Below are positions 37,601 through 52,061 of a stretch of 64,000 nt of DNA, one piece after another. The position numbers and the translations under genes are program-made. The notes below the pieces were generated by a model, which saw only the letters and a program-made list of their open reading frames with translations, ran no database searches and was not told the origin of the DNA. Location: the NCBI GenBank assembly GCA_016748015.1, contig JAAOMT010000134.1, positions 502,757 through 566,756 of the forward strand, written 5' to 3'. The number at the start of each line of letters is the position of its first letter. The stretch's first letter is position 1. The DNA is from Geosiphon pyriformis uo1 (Eukaryota; Fungi; Glomeromycota).

Positions 37601-40600
37601 CAGCAAACACTGGAGATTGTGTGAATATATCCTTCAACACCAAAAAATTGTCATCTTAAAGAATGTCAAATTTGCTACAAGCCACTAAGATATGATCGGA
37701 TAGAACCTTTGAAAGAATTTTCCTGACAGTCTCAATCAAAGCAATGGGCCGAATGTTTGTAAGGATCTCATTTCAGTCATAAGGCTTAGGAATCATCGAA
37801 ACCCATGCCCTTTTCCACAAAACAGGTACCATACTAACAGATAAACACACATTGAATAAAACCAACAAGCACTCCAAAACTACCTCACTATCATGTTTCC
37901 ACAACTCATTTGGAATACTGGATAAACCAACAGCTTTGCCATTAGGCAGACCACCAACAACTAAAAGCAACTTGCCTATACTGACAGCACACATAATGCC
38001 AGAAAAGGCATCATCCCAAACATAGTCTAATGGAGTGTACTGACAAGCCCAAAAATCAGATAGCACCAAATGCACTGAGCATTTTCTCGTCTACCCTTCC
38101 ATAATTTTGTTCACACTAGACTTCATCTTCTCAGGCTCCAAAACCAATTTGTCATCAACCACTAAGTGATCCAACACCACTTTGCAAAATGGCTTTTCGA
38201 ACACACTCCTGATTATACCATCTTTGTTCAAACAAAAATTTTCCATGCACTTCTCAATCACAATTCTAATAGAAGCTTCTTTGGCCAGTCTTGAATCAAA
38301 CATCTTTGATTTTCTGTAATCCCTGTAAACCAACAACAAATGTTTAAGAATAATATCAGATTTCACTCTTGACCTTAACAAGTCAACAAAAGCATGAGCC
38401 TTATCATTATCAAGAGTCGACCACCTACGCACAAGGTGATCTACATCAGGCAAGTTACCAGAGCGAAATTTCTTAATGATCTTGGTCACCAACAATTCCA
38501 AACCAAAGAACTTAGAGGAATGCCTGTTTTTTGCACAATCAAACTTGCTAAACCACTGTCTTAAAAACGATGCATCAGCAGACTCCACCAAGATTTTTTC
38601 TAAAACTGCCCACATAGCATCCACATTGCTACAGTTTTCAGTACCAGAGAACACGTTACTCAACAACAAGAGCTTAGATAAGGAGAAATCTTTAAACTTA
38701 GCCCATTTAGCACAGTTAACATCTTTGATTTTGAACTTCCAATGATTTCTATTAGTCTGCCTGCACATGCTATTCAATTCAGCATCCAGGAGCCCATCTA
38801 AACCAACTGACACCACAACTGCCCTGTGATCAGTGTCAAAGAAGTCCGAAACAGAAACAACCTAATGATCAGCCATAGCAGAAGACAGATCACCACTAAC
38901 AAAAATGTAATCAATTGTCTTCTCAACCTCTCTTGAGTTGCTCCATATAGAAGCTCTAACCAAATAATGACTGAAAAATGAGTTAACCAAACCCAAATCC
39001 AAACAGAATTTGAAACTTACACTTCTACCAGATCCATTCTCATTAAAGTCTCCACCCAAAATGACAAAAGAGCTGAAATTGACAGTCTTTGCAATGAGAA
39101 AGTTAACCTCAAAAGACTGATCAAACCTAATCCTAGGAGAAGCACCAGCATACAACCCCAGAAGAGTAACCGAGAGCTTGCCTTTAAACAAGAGTCAAAC
39201 AGAAATGACTCGACCAGAAACCTCCTCAATCTTTGAAACATGACGAGCCAGAGAATTGTTCATGATTATAGTAATGCCAGCCCTGAGATAACCAACATCC
39301 AAACCAGAAGTAAAAATTCAAACTCCATTAAACTTATTCTTAATCCATGGCCCAGAAGAGGCCCTTAACTTCATTTCAGTAACAAAAGAAATCATATTTC
39401 CAAAACTCACATGCCAATGAACAATGTCTGCTTGCTTAGCAGGGACATTGATACTTCGAACATTATACGTAGCAAATTTCCAGACCAAATTGGTTATTGA
39501 GATGAAGATGGGAGAGGACAATTCAGATCAGAGCACAAGAAGTTTAATCTCACCAGGATAGAACTAACTGAAGCTTTCAGAGCAGACATTTTAGATTCTA
39601 AACCATTCATTTTAGAGGTAAAAACCCTTGAACCACTCGAACTGAAAACAGCAGTAGACTCATCAGCACCAGAGAAGAGGGGAGCAGATACAGTCGGCTT
39701 ATTATCCAGAGCCATATCCAAATTTACAACCAAAACCACAAACACAGAAACAACCGGAGACATACTCCCAAAAAAAGACGCCAATGGCACCAATTTGACA
39801 AAACTGAGTTTTTTCAAAATACCAGAAATCTGATCCACTAAAATCTTTAAAGAGCATTCTAAAGTCACCAAACAATTGCCCAATTGAGACATGACAAGAA
39901 GATCAAATATTAATGAAGGAGGAACCAAACCAGGATACAAATTAGTGCCAGAAGAATCAAAGGAAGACACACAAAAGGTGGCACTACTAGCAACTTGAGC
40001 CCAAGTTTTAAGACACAGAACACAAAATAGGTGTTTGCTTTCTTCTATAAATGCCAGCCAATTGAACTCGATCTTGATCAGAAATTACTCATTTTCCATG
40101 AACACCAGAATTCCCACCTACAGGACAGATGGCAGTAACATGACTGAATTGTTTATACTTGGTACAATAGGCCAAACAAAGACCAGCCCAACGCAAGTTC
40201 ACACCCTTAAAAACTGAAACCGAACCAATAGCAGCCAATTTGGCTGCTTCACTCTCAAAACAGATTACAGTACACTGAACATGAACATATGACATGAAAT
40301 TACGGCCAATAACACAAGTTTTCTCACTATAGGTCTCCACCAAGTTTGAAAGATCATGAGCAGTCATATCAATTAAAAGGGTATATAGCAAAGCATAATA
40401 ACAGTCCCTTGAAATCCATGATTCTTTGTCATTTACCACCAAAGCCACATGCACGAAATTTTTTCTCACAAAAACAGACCACTTAAAAGCAACCAAACAG
40501 GCAATCTCAGCTGATTCAAATTCAACCACAGCTTTTTGCCACAAACTAATCAGTTGCATCCTGATAGAAATGATCTTGCCAAATTTGGAAAACACAGCCT

Positions 40601-41555
40601 CTATTACTGATTTGGAAAGATCAACTGGAATCTCCTTGATAATTATCTCCTGATCTGTACAGCTGGTTATTTTTTTAAGATCATTGTTGACAAGAATATT
40701 TTCACTGAGTGCTAATAACTTGGCCTTATTCAAACTAGATTCATTTGTAAAGGTTGATCAAATGACTTCAGGAAATTTTGAGAGAGTTGAAGCACTCCCA
40801 AAACTATCAATTTTATAAAAAAAATTTTTCACACAAACCAACTTATCCACATTTGTTTTCCCAGACACAGCAGACAAATCAATATCAAGTACGAATAACT
40901 TTGTTGAATTAAAACTATGAGTCTCCAAGACACATGATTTAATCGGTATACACTGATTGAATCCAAAGTCCACATAAAGAGAAAGTTCGAGCACACCATC
41001 ATCAAAATTTACAAAGTTGAAAGAAGGTTGTTTCGGAGGACTGCCCAGCACATATGTATAGGTACGTGTTTTCCTTGGTGTAGTGTCATCCATATCATCA
41101 TCCTCACCTAATTCTACAAAGCTTGTTTCTTCAGCAATCATATTAGTCATGTTTTTGATATTCAAGAGATTGCTCACACTGTCTAAAACACTACTCACCT
41201 TACTACTCCAAAACACCACAGGCTTAACACTAGCACCACCAATATCTTCTAGATCCAGAGGGCCAGTAGACGAGTCCAACACCACACCAGCGGCTGGCTT
41301 TTTTGGCTTTTTATAGGATGCACCACAAGAGTAGACAGTATCCACACATTTATTTTTGGCAGTCAAACAGGTCTCCAACCCTGCCAAACTAGAATCTGAA
41401 CTACCAGCAGAAGAACTTATCAGTTCCATCATAACAAAGAGGAATGTATTAAGAGAAATAACTTAAGGTAAAAAGAGAAAAAAAGGAAAAGGAAAAGCTA
41501 TTCAATCAAATTCTATTTTCACTTTTGTTGTGGTCAAGGGATCAACGAGAGAAGA
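34690..41555 (-). mobile_element. LINE copy 3, full length, uninterrupted, inactivated by point mutations
   Basis: ORF1 41432-39494. ORF2 39497-34807 with APE (GGDFNE, KTIDY), RT (QNMQKAYDSV, AFVNNT from FVDD), RNase H (FTDGS, AEL, KVKGHSGVSGNEKADLAA) and zinc finger CLLC..DHAFTC. Confidence 0.93.
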
Positions 41556-42639
41556 AAAAAAAAATATATTTTATCCAATTTTTTTTTTTATATATTTTAA
41601 TTTTAATTAAACTGTTTTTTAAATTATGTTAATTAATAAAATTATAAATTTTTTGCATATTTTATAAAACCAATCAGAATTTATAATTTTTTTTAATGTA
41701 TTTTTATTATTAAACTTATTATAAAAATTGAAAACTATATTAAAATACTTTTTAAAACAAAAAAATTATTATTGTAAAAAACATTAAATTTGTTATAAGC
41801 CAAAAAAATTTTATTAAAAAAAATTTTTCAAGCAGTTTTAATTAAAACAATTAATTTAATATTAGTTAAACCTTTTTTTTATAAGACTTAAAAATTATAA
41901 ACACTTAAACTTTTTTTCAAAGTTAAAAAATTAACTTATACAATAAATAAAAATTTAATAAATTCAAAAGCATTTTTAAAATAAATTTATTACAATATTT
42001 TCAAAGTTTATTAGTAATATTAGACAGACCAGTTATATAAAAAATAAAAATTTAATAATTAATAATAATTAATATTTAATGTTTTATTTTTTAATATATT
42101 AATTAATTTATTTTAATATTTTTTACTTTTTTAATAAATATTTAACTTTTATTAAATTAATTTTATATTTATGTTTGTGTTTTTTATCAACAAATTTTAA
42201 CATCATAATTTTAATGCTTATTTTTTAATTGATTAATTTAATAATAAAACATAACAATAAAAATAAAAAAATAAAAAAAAATAAAGCAAAAAAAGTTAAT
42301 CTTTTATTAATTATTATAATCAAAAATTATTGATTTAATATATTAAAGGTTGTAAATATATGTTTTTAATATTTGTTTCTTAAATAATAATTTATAAAGT
42401 TTTTGTTTATTTTTAATAATATGTTTTATTTAATAATTAATTTGTAAATTGAGTTTAAATTTATTAAGCAAATATAATTTAAATTAAATATTAAATATTT
42501 TTTTTGTTATTATTATTATATATATATATATATTTAGTAATACAAAATATTTTAATATTTTATATTATTTTTATATTTATTTAATTATTTTTAATATTTA
42601 ATTAATTAATATATTTTATAATAAATTTTAATAATTTAG

Positions 42640-44120
42640 ATAAGTTTAGATCAATCATAGATTGTTTGCATAATATTTAAACTAATGTTTTCATAGTTTA
42701 TATCAATAACTTACTTAAAAGTTTAGACATACCAAGTATAGTCAATAGAGCAACTGCTTATTTTTTAAATGTAAATATGAGTATTGAAATTGGAGTTTCT
42801 AGTGTATTGTCTTTTATAATAACTAAAATACACATTGTTGCTTTAGCTTTGAAGTATATGCTCTTTTCTAGTATAGTAATTTTGAATTTAGACAGTTAAG
42901 TAATTATTAATGCATAGATTTTGGATCTTGGTTCATTTGAACTGAATTTTTGCAACTAATATTAGATAAAGCAGAATTTGGCTAACAATCTTATAAGAAA
43001 CAAGAATTTAGAGATGATCTGATCAAAAGTTAAAAAGCATTCTAATATTTTTGGCAATAATTATGCTGACAAGTTGGTTGGTACAGTTACACATTTTTTT
43101 AGTTTCTTTCTGATTGACATTTCTGAACAATATTTGATAACAGATAGTTTGACAGTTTCTGATAATGTTCATTATTTTATTTAGAATATTTATAGGACAG
43201 TAGTTAGTATGTATTGAAAGGTGAATTCTAGTGCCAGAATTATTAATGAGTTATTTATTTGTATTGTTAATTAGGTCTAAACAGCTGAGGTTTAACATTT
43301 TGGTTTACATATGCTCACTAATATGACTGATATATCTATTGTCAATTTGAAGACTTATATAATAAAGACTGTTTATGAGAGACTTCTTATTGCTGTATAC
43401 AAGAAACTGTACAACAGATTTTATCTGGAAGTTTTGTGTGTATTTTGTAAAAAGATGAAAACTTTAGATCATTCATTTTTGTGTTTAAGTAATATGAACT
43501 GGTATAGAAATTTAATTTTTGGTTACATTGAATTTTAGTCATTGCTGGCTAATGAAAAAATGTCCATATTTTTTCTGATTGTATGGTTTTTGTCTTTCTA
43601 TATGTCTAATGTTAAGTTGTATATAATCTTCTGCAAAGAGTTTGTTTTCAAAAACTGTGTTAAAAATGTTTTAAAATTGTATAACAATAGAAAAAAAGCT
43701 GTTTCTGTTTTGGTAAATTTTTTTTGCTGGCTAGTTGATTTTTATTGCTGTAAGATATAATATATTAGGACAAAGCATAAGTCAGAATTGAAGAAAGCTA
43801 AGTTAATAAGTAATAATAGTGTGGTTTCTATGTTAACTGGTAGATTAAATATAAGTTTGTTGGATAGAATGATTTGTTTGCTTGGTATAATTAAGTCTAT
43901 AGTGGTAAGTTTTAGAAAACATATGCTTTATGTTTTCTTTTTTGGTATTAATGATAATCCAGTAATTCATATAGATATATAGTATTGCCTAAATTAACTC
44001 AAGTAGTTAGTTATATATAATAGGCATGTGAATTGTATTTAATTAGAGTTACTTTAATTAATTCTGTATACTAGATAGTAATTAGACTGTACTTATTAAA
44101 CATATAATAAAAAAAAAATT
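42640..44120 (+). mobile_element. Hypermutated LINE 3' fragment (RNase H, zinc finger, 3' UTR, poly-A)
   Basis: KVKKHSNIFGNNYADKL (RNase H relic), VLCVFCKKMKTLDHSFLC, C-terminus ...VIHIDI*, conserved 3' UTR 43983-44100 and an A-tail. Confidence 0.8.
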
Positions 44121-46263
44121 TTAATAATAAATTTTTTATTTTTTTTATAAATAATAATACAAATTATAAAATTATAAAATAATTTTTTGGTAAGTAGTAA
44201 AAAAATAATTTAGCAAACTTAATATAAATAATAATATTTAAAAAAATTTAAAATACAAATTTTATATAAAAAATTAAATATTATTTTTAATAATTAATTT
44301 TAAATTAAAAAAATTATATAAAAACCAAAAAGCAGGTTTAATATAAATTAATTTAATTTTTATAATATTAAAATTAAAATTATTTATTTAAAAGATTTTT
44401 AATAATTAATAAATATTTTTTAAATATATTAAAACTAATAATATTTTTAAAAAATAAACAAAATGGTTTTAATTTTTATTTAATTAGTCCAATTTTTAAA
44501 ATAAGTAATTTAATAAATTAATTATATGTAAAAATATAACTTGTTTTATTTTTAAAATTAATAATAATTAACTAAAATTTGATAAATAATTTAATTTTAC
44601 CTTAATTAAAAATAATTTTGATTCATATATTATTGTTGTTATTATTTAAATAAAAAAAATTGTTGTTTATAATCAAATTTAATACAATTATTACAAATAT
44701 AATATTAAAAAATTAGATAAAATTAATATCTTATTTTTTACCAAAAAAAACAGATTTTACATTTAAAAAATGTTTTAAAAAACATTAAAAAAGAATAATT
44801 CTTTTAATATCTTAAAAAAATTAGTTATTTTAAAATAACTTTGTTATAAACAATAATAATAACATTAAAACTAATTTTAAAAAAAACTTTAAATAAAAAC
44901 AGACTTATTTAAAACCAAAAAAACATTTTTTTGGTATTTAAAGATTGTTTTGTGTTTTTATTATTTAAAAAGTGGTTTAACAATAATGTTTATTTGTTTT
45001 TATTTTTAAAAATACTTTTTAAGTATTACAATTATTAAAAACAATAAAAAAATAAAGTTTACTTTTTTCTACTTTTTTTTTAAATGTAATTATAAAAATA
45101 TAATAATAATAATAATAATAAAATTATACAAATTAAATTGTTAATTAATTGAAAATTATTAATAATGCTATTAGTTTATTAAATATTATAATTAATAAAA
45201 ATTCATTTAGTATTAAGCTCATATAAAAATTTAAAAATTTAAAAATTACAATAAATATTAAGCTAAAAAGACAAAAAAAACCCAGAATAAATATTTGTGC
45301 CAAAATCAAAAATATTGTTAAATGTACAGTTACAAGAAAAAATTATTTTTAATAACCACTTGTGTTGTTTTACACAAAAGCTGGCAATTATTGCAAAATA
45401 ATCTGAAAAATAGGTCCATTGAGTAATTAGGGCCTCTTGATCCTTCGAGAACTAATTTATTGTACTTCATCAGGTATTCTTTGAGTTGAAAGTTAAAGTT
45501 GCAGGAGCGTGAACAATTGTGCTTGTGGGCCAAATATTTTTTCCATTTCTTTTAACGTCTACTCAATCCTAGATGTTGGTCTAATACTATTTAGCGAGTT
45601 TAGAATAATCATAAGCCTCCAATTTGAAAAGGAGAGGGAAGGACTCTTAGATGAGAAAAAACTACCCCTTGGAGTTTTCTAGGAAAAAATTTCTTTATTT
45701 ATTATTTAAGTTTAAAATATATCATATAGTAGGAAATAATAATAAACTTTGTTTCCTTATGAAACTCAAAAAGTGCAACAAATCCAAATGATAGACATTA
45801 CAAAGTTTGCGAATGTTGTCGCCGTTCTGTGAAAAGATATGGAGTAAAAGCCTTACTTTCAACACGTCTCATGTAGAGTAAATAACATGGTCCTCTGCTT
45901 CATTTTAAAAAATCAAAATAAATACCTTAAGCCGGGGTTTCTTGCAGCTTTTTGGTTAAGTTAGGGGGACGTTCAAATATTTATTTCTTGAAATACTAAA
46001 CAAACTATAGTATGGATCATGAATTGTTTAATGATTCCAATGCTACAATGACAAAAACTTGCATGGGGTGGGAATAAATTATACTAACTTTTAGTAAGAT
46101 AACAAATAAACTAAGGTAATACAGCAAGATTGCCGAGATGAAAACTTGCAAATGAAAAATAATAATAAAAATAATAAACATATTAATATAAAATACAAAT
46201 GTACGTGAAATACAGTTGTCAGTTCCAATTGATATATTGAGGGCGAAAATACAAAGATCAATA

Positions 46264-49200
46264 TTACAAGACTCCCAAAGGATCATCAGAAGGATTGCCT
46301 GTGTTGACAATACTTTTGGGCCGTGCAGTGCCTGATGATGATGTAGAGCCTACACTTCCACTCCTCTCTCTACCAGCTATAGGACTCTTAGGCAAAAAGG
46401 GTTTAGCACCAAGAGGATCGATTGGCTCACTCAAATCATTGCCTCCAGAGAACATAGGAGTAGAGGCTGAATTCCTTATAATATTACTGGCACGTTGTTT
46501 TGGAGGTGAGCCTCCTTGATTGAATAAATCTTCAGAATGGGGATTCATTGAGCCTCCGCGTTTTGGACTGAAAAGTCCATTATCGTCATCTTCAGCACCT
46601 TCTAAGATCCAGCTATATTTAGAATTTGAAGAAATAGTGGCCTTGGGAGTCGCTAATTTTCCCTGAGGTTCACCCTTAGCAACTTCATCAAACAAGTCTT
46701 CCATGTTAATTTTAGGCTTAGAGTGGGAGAGCGCTGCTGCACGGCTGATTTTGGGTGAAGTTGTTGACTTTATGCTTTGTAAAGTGGTTGGAGATTTAGA
46801 GTAAGTGAAAGTGGGATTGATATTGATAGTAGTATTTATCGCTGTTGTTGAAAATGAATCGGTGAGAGTTTTTATTGGTGACAATGGTTTTCCTTCACTC
46901 GATTGCTGATGATTTGCGTTTGGAGCAGGTGAAGGCAGAGTAGTTTGAGATAAGGGCTTCGAAACTACATCGATGCCGGATCCAGTGGATTTTTGGGAGT
47001 TTATTATTGAGATAACTTTATCTTGCTTAAATTGGTTAACCTCCTTAGAATTCGTAGTGGTGGAGCTCAATTCTTCATCTTCCCCAGTAGTACTTAACAC
47101 ACTAACTACGCTTACTTCATCATCAACAACTTCCCAATGATCATGTTCCTCTCCCGTAGTGTGGCTTGATCCATAAAAAACACTCGGATTAAAGTCTTTT
47201 GTGGATCCATCGAGAACATCTCGTACATGTTTAAGACCAGCTAAAGCATGAAGGATTGAAATTTCGTTTGCTGAAAGAGCTGAAATTTCTGAATTAATGT
47301 GACTTGGGGAATCATCAAATGAAGAATGAGATTCTTCCTGGTACTTCAGATTTTCAAGCTGATTAGGATTAGGAATATCTCGATTTTTTGATCGGACAAA
47401 AAGTTCTTGTTCAAGCAATTCAATGCTCTTTGATACAACAGTTGCCATCTGGTTGTTTTGTTCTTGCAATTTAGCAAGTTCAGGTGACGAAGATCCCAAA
47501 TCAACCACCCCATCCTTTGATTGGAAAATTTGATTATTAGGAATAGAGTTCCCATATCTAGATGGAAACTCTGAAGATCGCTTTCGGTTTTCAGAATCAG
47601 GACGAGATTGTGGGATTTCTGAACGCCTTAAAACATTTTTCTATTGAAGGTCAATATTACTGAAAATTAGGATTCTTTAAAATCAGGGGCTTAATGGAGT
47701 AATCCTGATCGTCAACCCACCTTGACTTCTCCTACAGCTGAAAGAATCGCTTTGTTGATTGCGACAGCACTTTTGCTTTCCAAAACATTCTTTGTAACAT
47801 GAACAAATCCGTCAGGCGCTAAGCCCTCTAAAGGACCACCCGAAGCAGAATGACGACGCGAGTCGCGATCATAATTTGTCAGAGGTATTGGAATAGTTTT
47901 CCCAGATCGAATAGCATTCTGCTGGATGATTTTGGAACCGTTTTCACTACTCATATGATCCCGAAGAAATATTGCTTGTTTGATAAGAAATTCAACATCG
48001 TTCACCGCAGGATATCTCATCAACATACTAAGACATCCAGCATAATCGCTCTCAAGAACTTATAATGAGGAAGAAAAAATTACTCATTTGAAAAATAAAT
48101 CGATCAAATAGTGATTAAACTGTAGCTTACGCTCATCCCGAATTAATAACATCATAGCGACACACATAAAGTCAACAATTCGGAGGGTGGGATCCTCTGC
48201 AAACATTCCATCCCACAGCAGAAGCACTTGCTCAAGCGGAAATTCGCGTCCAAATAAAAGCCTTATCCATCGTCTAGAAATTTTTATTCAAGTTAAATTG
48301 TTTAGGAAAAATGTCAAAAAGAACGAAAGTAATTATTGCGGATCCTACATTCCATATAGCTGAGGCTCAATTTCCAAAGTTTTCAAATGATTGTATAAAT
48401 CAGGATCTACGGTTTTTAAATACTCTTCGTGAATTTTGTTGCATTTCATTACAACTGGCGTAAGTTTTGCAGCCTTTAAAGGGCGAAGTTATAAGAAATC
48501 AAGGAAGAATTTTGAATCAATCTCTATATTCGAAATACCTCTGCTTGGGCAGTTGCGATCAATCTTGCATTTTCAATATCAGATCCTTGAGAACGCTTCA
48601 AATCACCGAGTTCTTGATCAAAAAATCATAATATCAAGGAACTCCATTATAAGAAATATCTACCTTAATGGGTCTCCGATTGAAAATTTCATCGTTATAT
48701 TCATAATAAACTTTGGCAGATTTCATCAGTAAAGAGAAGAGTGCAAAGGAATCATGCTCGACAAATTCTGCATCCAAGGCCTGCTTTATTATCGCATCTT
48801 CACTATTGTCAATCTTATAGCCTCGAGTTACTGACAAGGATTCGTGATCCAATACCCATAATATAGGGGCTAAGAGTTCGTGCATGCCTTGACGATATGA
48901 AACATCCTGGTTCATTTTGCAATAAATAAAAAGAATATCCAATAAACGTGTTTGATTCTCGTTCGTACGGAAATATTCTATGTCTGGAAAACTTTGGCAA
49001 AGCAACATTGGAAAGGTTATTATATGTCTAATGATGAACCAAAAAAAGCATCTTGACAATTTCCGAGTGAAGTTAGGTACTTACGTGCGTTCAACATCTT
49101 GTCGAATTATTTTTCGTAGTTCTGTATCTTTGAAATATTCTTGCCAAGGGTTCTAGAGTTGAGGATTGAATAATATCGTGAGAAAAATCATATCGTAAAA

Positions 49201-50009
49201 GAAAAATTCATGTGATGCAAAATAGCCATACAGCTTGGTCCAAAGATAAGGGATTATTCACGGTGAGATCATTGAAACCTTCATTTTCTGAATCTGAATT
49301 TGGACTTGTAATATATTTTTGGCGCAGATCACCATAATGCTGGCGCTCTTTTTGAAGTGTTAAAGGCCAGGTTGAAGTATCTAGGCTAGGCAAGTAAGAC
49401 AAATATAACTGATATTTGTTATATGGCGAGGGAAAATTTCTGAGTTAGTAATTGCAAAGGTTTGTTAATTACAAACTAAGAGATGGTTCAAATTGATACA
49501 AATTCAATATGATCGACTATATTTCCTAAGGTTTTAATTTTATGTCAAGAATCCAAGATGAATGACACATCTGGCATAATTTTATTATGTCAGATGATGA
49601 GACTTTTGAAATTAAAAATGAGTTTATTTTTTGGGAAAGATATTTACTGTTTTAAATTCGGCATAAGTCTATCGTCTATTCTATTTTTTTATAACGGGTG
49701 GCTTGCCGCTTAGCTCCTCAAAGTAAAAAGACCATGAAAACCGAGTTTGACTGGCAATAAAACCCAACGCACCTTCCAACAAATGGACCTTAACCCTTGT
49801 GAACAAATATTTCCATTAACACCTTTCTCCCTAAGTGAGGTTAAGGAGAGCAAGGGATCTTTGAAAATAGCGTCCCACTTGACTCTATTTAGGAGATTAA
49901 GTTTGGTTTTAGAAGTGATCAACTTTTGAGTCTACAGGATTCTGGATAATAGATAATAGTTTTTGCAATGCACATACTTAGTCTCTTCAAAAGATAAAGT
50001 ATCAACCAT
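46264..50009 (-). CDS. TBC1D5: TBC-domain Rab GTPase-activating protein, TBC1D5/Gyp6-like (multi-exon)
   Basis: GLRSICWK, NNPLS, IRQDVERT-FPD, YRQGMHELLAP, WIRLLFGREF, LWDGMFA, LMRYP; long Ser/Pro-rich tail ending DPLGVL; GT-AG introns; ATG at 50009. Confidence 0.85.
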
Positions 50010-50510
50010 TGCAGCGTGACTTTCAACAAGTATCAACTGGGTCAAGGCTTGCCTTTGACTGATTTATGCCAATTTGATAATTTGTGATCTTAAGATTTAA
50101 CTACGGCTAAATTATTAATTTATCTACTTAATCATTTATTTACGAGTAATACTTCATTTATTTCTAACTTTAGGAATGTTTCAATAAATTTGGCAACCAG
50201 CTTTTTACAGATAAAAGAAAATTAGAATCTCAAAGTAAAAACCTCGGCATGCTAAAAGGTAGTATTGACTATTACCACCATCCACTCATTCGATGCGTGA
50301 AAAGGTCATTATATCATATACTGTTCACTTACCTGGCACTCATTTATTTCTTTCAAAATTACAATTACCTCTCACTAAATAAATAAATACAAAAGATTAC
50401 ACAAAAGTCTAAAACTCGAATTAAGCAAAACGAATATCCAAAATTGTACGCCCTCAATTGGATGATAACGCCTACAATCCATATATTAATAATAAAGAGG
50501 TCACTCCAAC

Positions 50511-52061
50511 TCATTCTTGACCATCTTCCTGAGGAAGGCCATCATCTGCTAGAGAGTAAAAGTCAGTCTATTTATACCGTATCACTTATAAAAAATATAA
50601 AAGGGATGTACGCACCTCTTCTTCGATAAATGGTAATTTCTTGTTGTTTAAAATAGCGCCGATTTTCTTCATCAACAAGAACTAAATTAAGGTAATAACG
50701 TGTCGAGAATTTTTTATTGACATCACGAAATGTTGGGGTCAGCTCGAAGCCACCAAGAAATAGACGAATAGGGATAGTCTCACCTAACAAGATTAAAAAT
50801 CTTAGATTTATATATATATATAATTTCCCAATAAATTGATCTTACCACGCACTGGTGCGCCATCCATTATTTCAAATTTCGTGATTGTTTCACTTTCATT
50901 GTACTGGTTTGGTGCTAAAGAATGAGATATTTACTTATAGAAATAATTTAGAAAATATTTCTGATGAATTTACAAGTTTATATGAAATTTACCTGCGCCA
51001 GTAGTTTCTCGTCGAATGATTGATAGCTCCATATGTTTTATCTTTATGCGTACTAGTAAGAAATAAATTTTTCCTACAATAACATCTTTGAGATGGTATC
51101 TATCAAAGCAAAATAAATCAGAGCGAGGAATTGTCATTAATAGCTAAAAATTTTAAACCTATTACCTTGATTTGTTATACTCAAACTCGATATGTAGACA
51201 ATCCTCAATACCAACTTCCATTTTGATGGAATTATTACTATCTGGAGGCATTTTGTATGAATAAACCCATATATCTTTTTCTTTGACAATGTCAGTAGTT
51301 AAACGCCTTGTAATAGTTAATCTGACAAAATATCTAAGCAAAATTAAAGAATGGAATACCAATTAATGATGATTTTTGAAAGTAGACGGATTTAAAAGAA
51401 CTAATCAAAATCAGAAAAGTCACCTCAATTTTACATTGATTCCATGATAGCTCTCGTATGGCTTTTCAACATTTTTAAATTCAAACTTAAATGATTGTGG
51501 TTGTCGCATCTCACCAGGAACAGCCAATTCTTGTACCAAAGAGCTAAATTCATAATGATTACCACGATCATAAAAAAGTTCTAGATTTTCAGACCATAAA
51601 AATTCCACCATGGAATTAATTTCTTAGTAGGAAAAATTCTAATCAAAATGTCACCAATATATACCAATATTTCCCACAAACTCAATTTTGATGCCTTGAT
51701 GTTCAAGTTTCTTGCCATCTCGAGGCCTTATCGTAATCTGAAAATGAAAAAGTAAAATTGTCAATGATCAAAATCTGTTGAATTTTATAAGCAATAAATA
51801 GCCAGATCATAACAATGAGCGCGATATCTACCTGTCCAGAGACAGTCTCCCCATCAAAATATAGAGGAAACTTCTCCCGGCGATCTTTATCAACTTTGAC
51901 TTCAACCAACTTTCTTTGTTCTTCTGCTACGAAACGAACATCAAGGTCAACAGGTGCGCTGAAGCCAAATAAACTCTAAGAAAATATTACATTTTGTGTT
52001 AAAAGTGCATGGTACTGTATGAAAAAGAATTACATAAAAACACTCAATTAATAACAACCAT
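50511..52061 (-). CDS. VPS26: Retromer subunit VPS26 (multi-exon)
   Basis: M/SLFGF, PLYFDGETVSG, EKPYESYHGINVKLRYF, IKMEVGIEDCLHIEFEYNKS, GETIPIRLFL, DEENRRYFKQQEI; stop at 50511-50513. Confidence 0.95.

Noticed and set aside
41560-42640. Mitochondrial insert or centromere core in very AT-rich DNA (also 44120-45330)
   Set aside because: No organellar genes or satellite period are visible. Neighbouring AT tracts resolve as LINE fossils. The origin is left unassigned.
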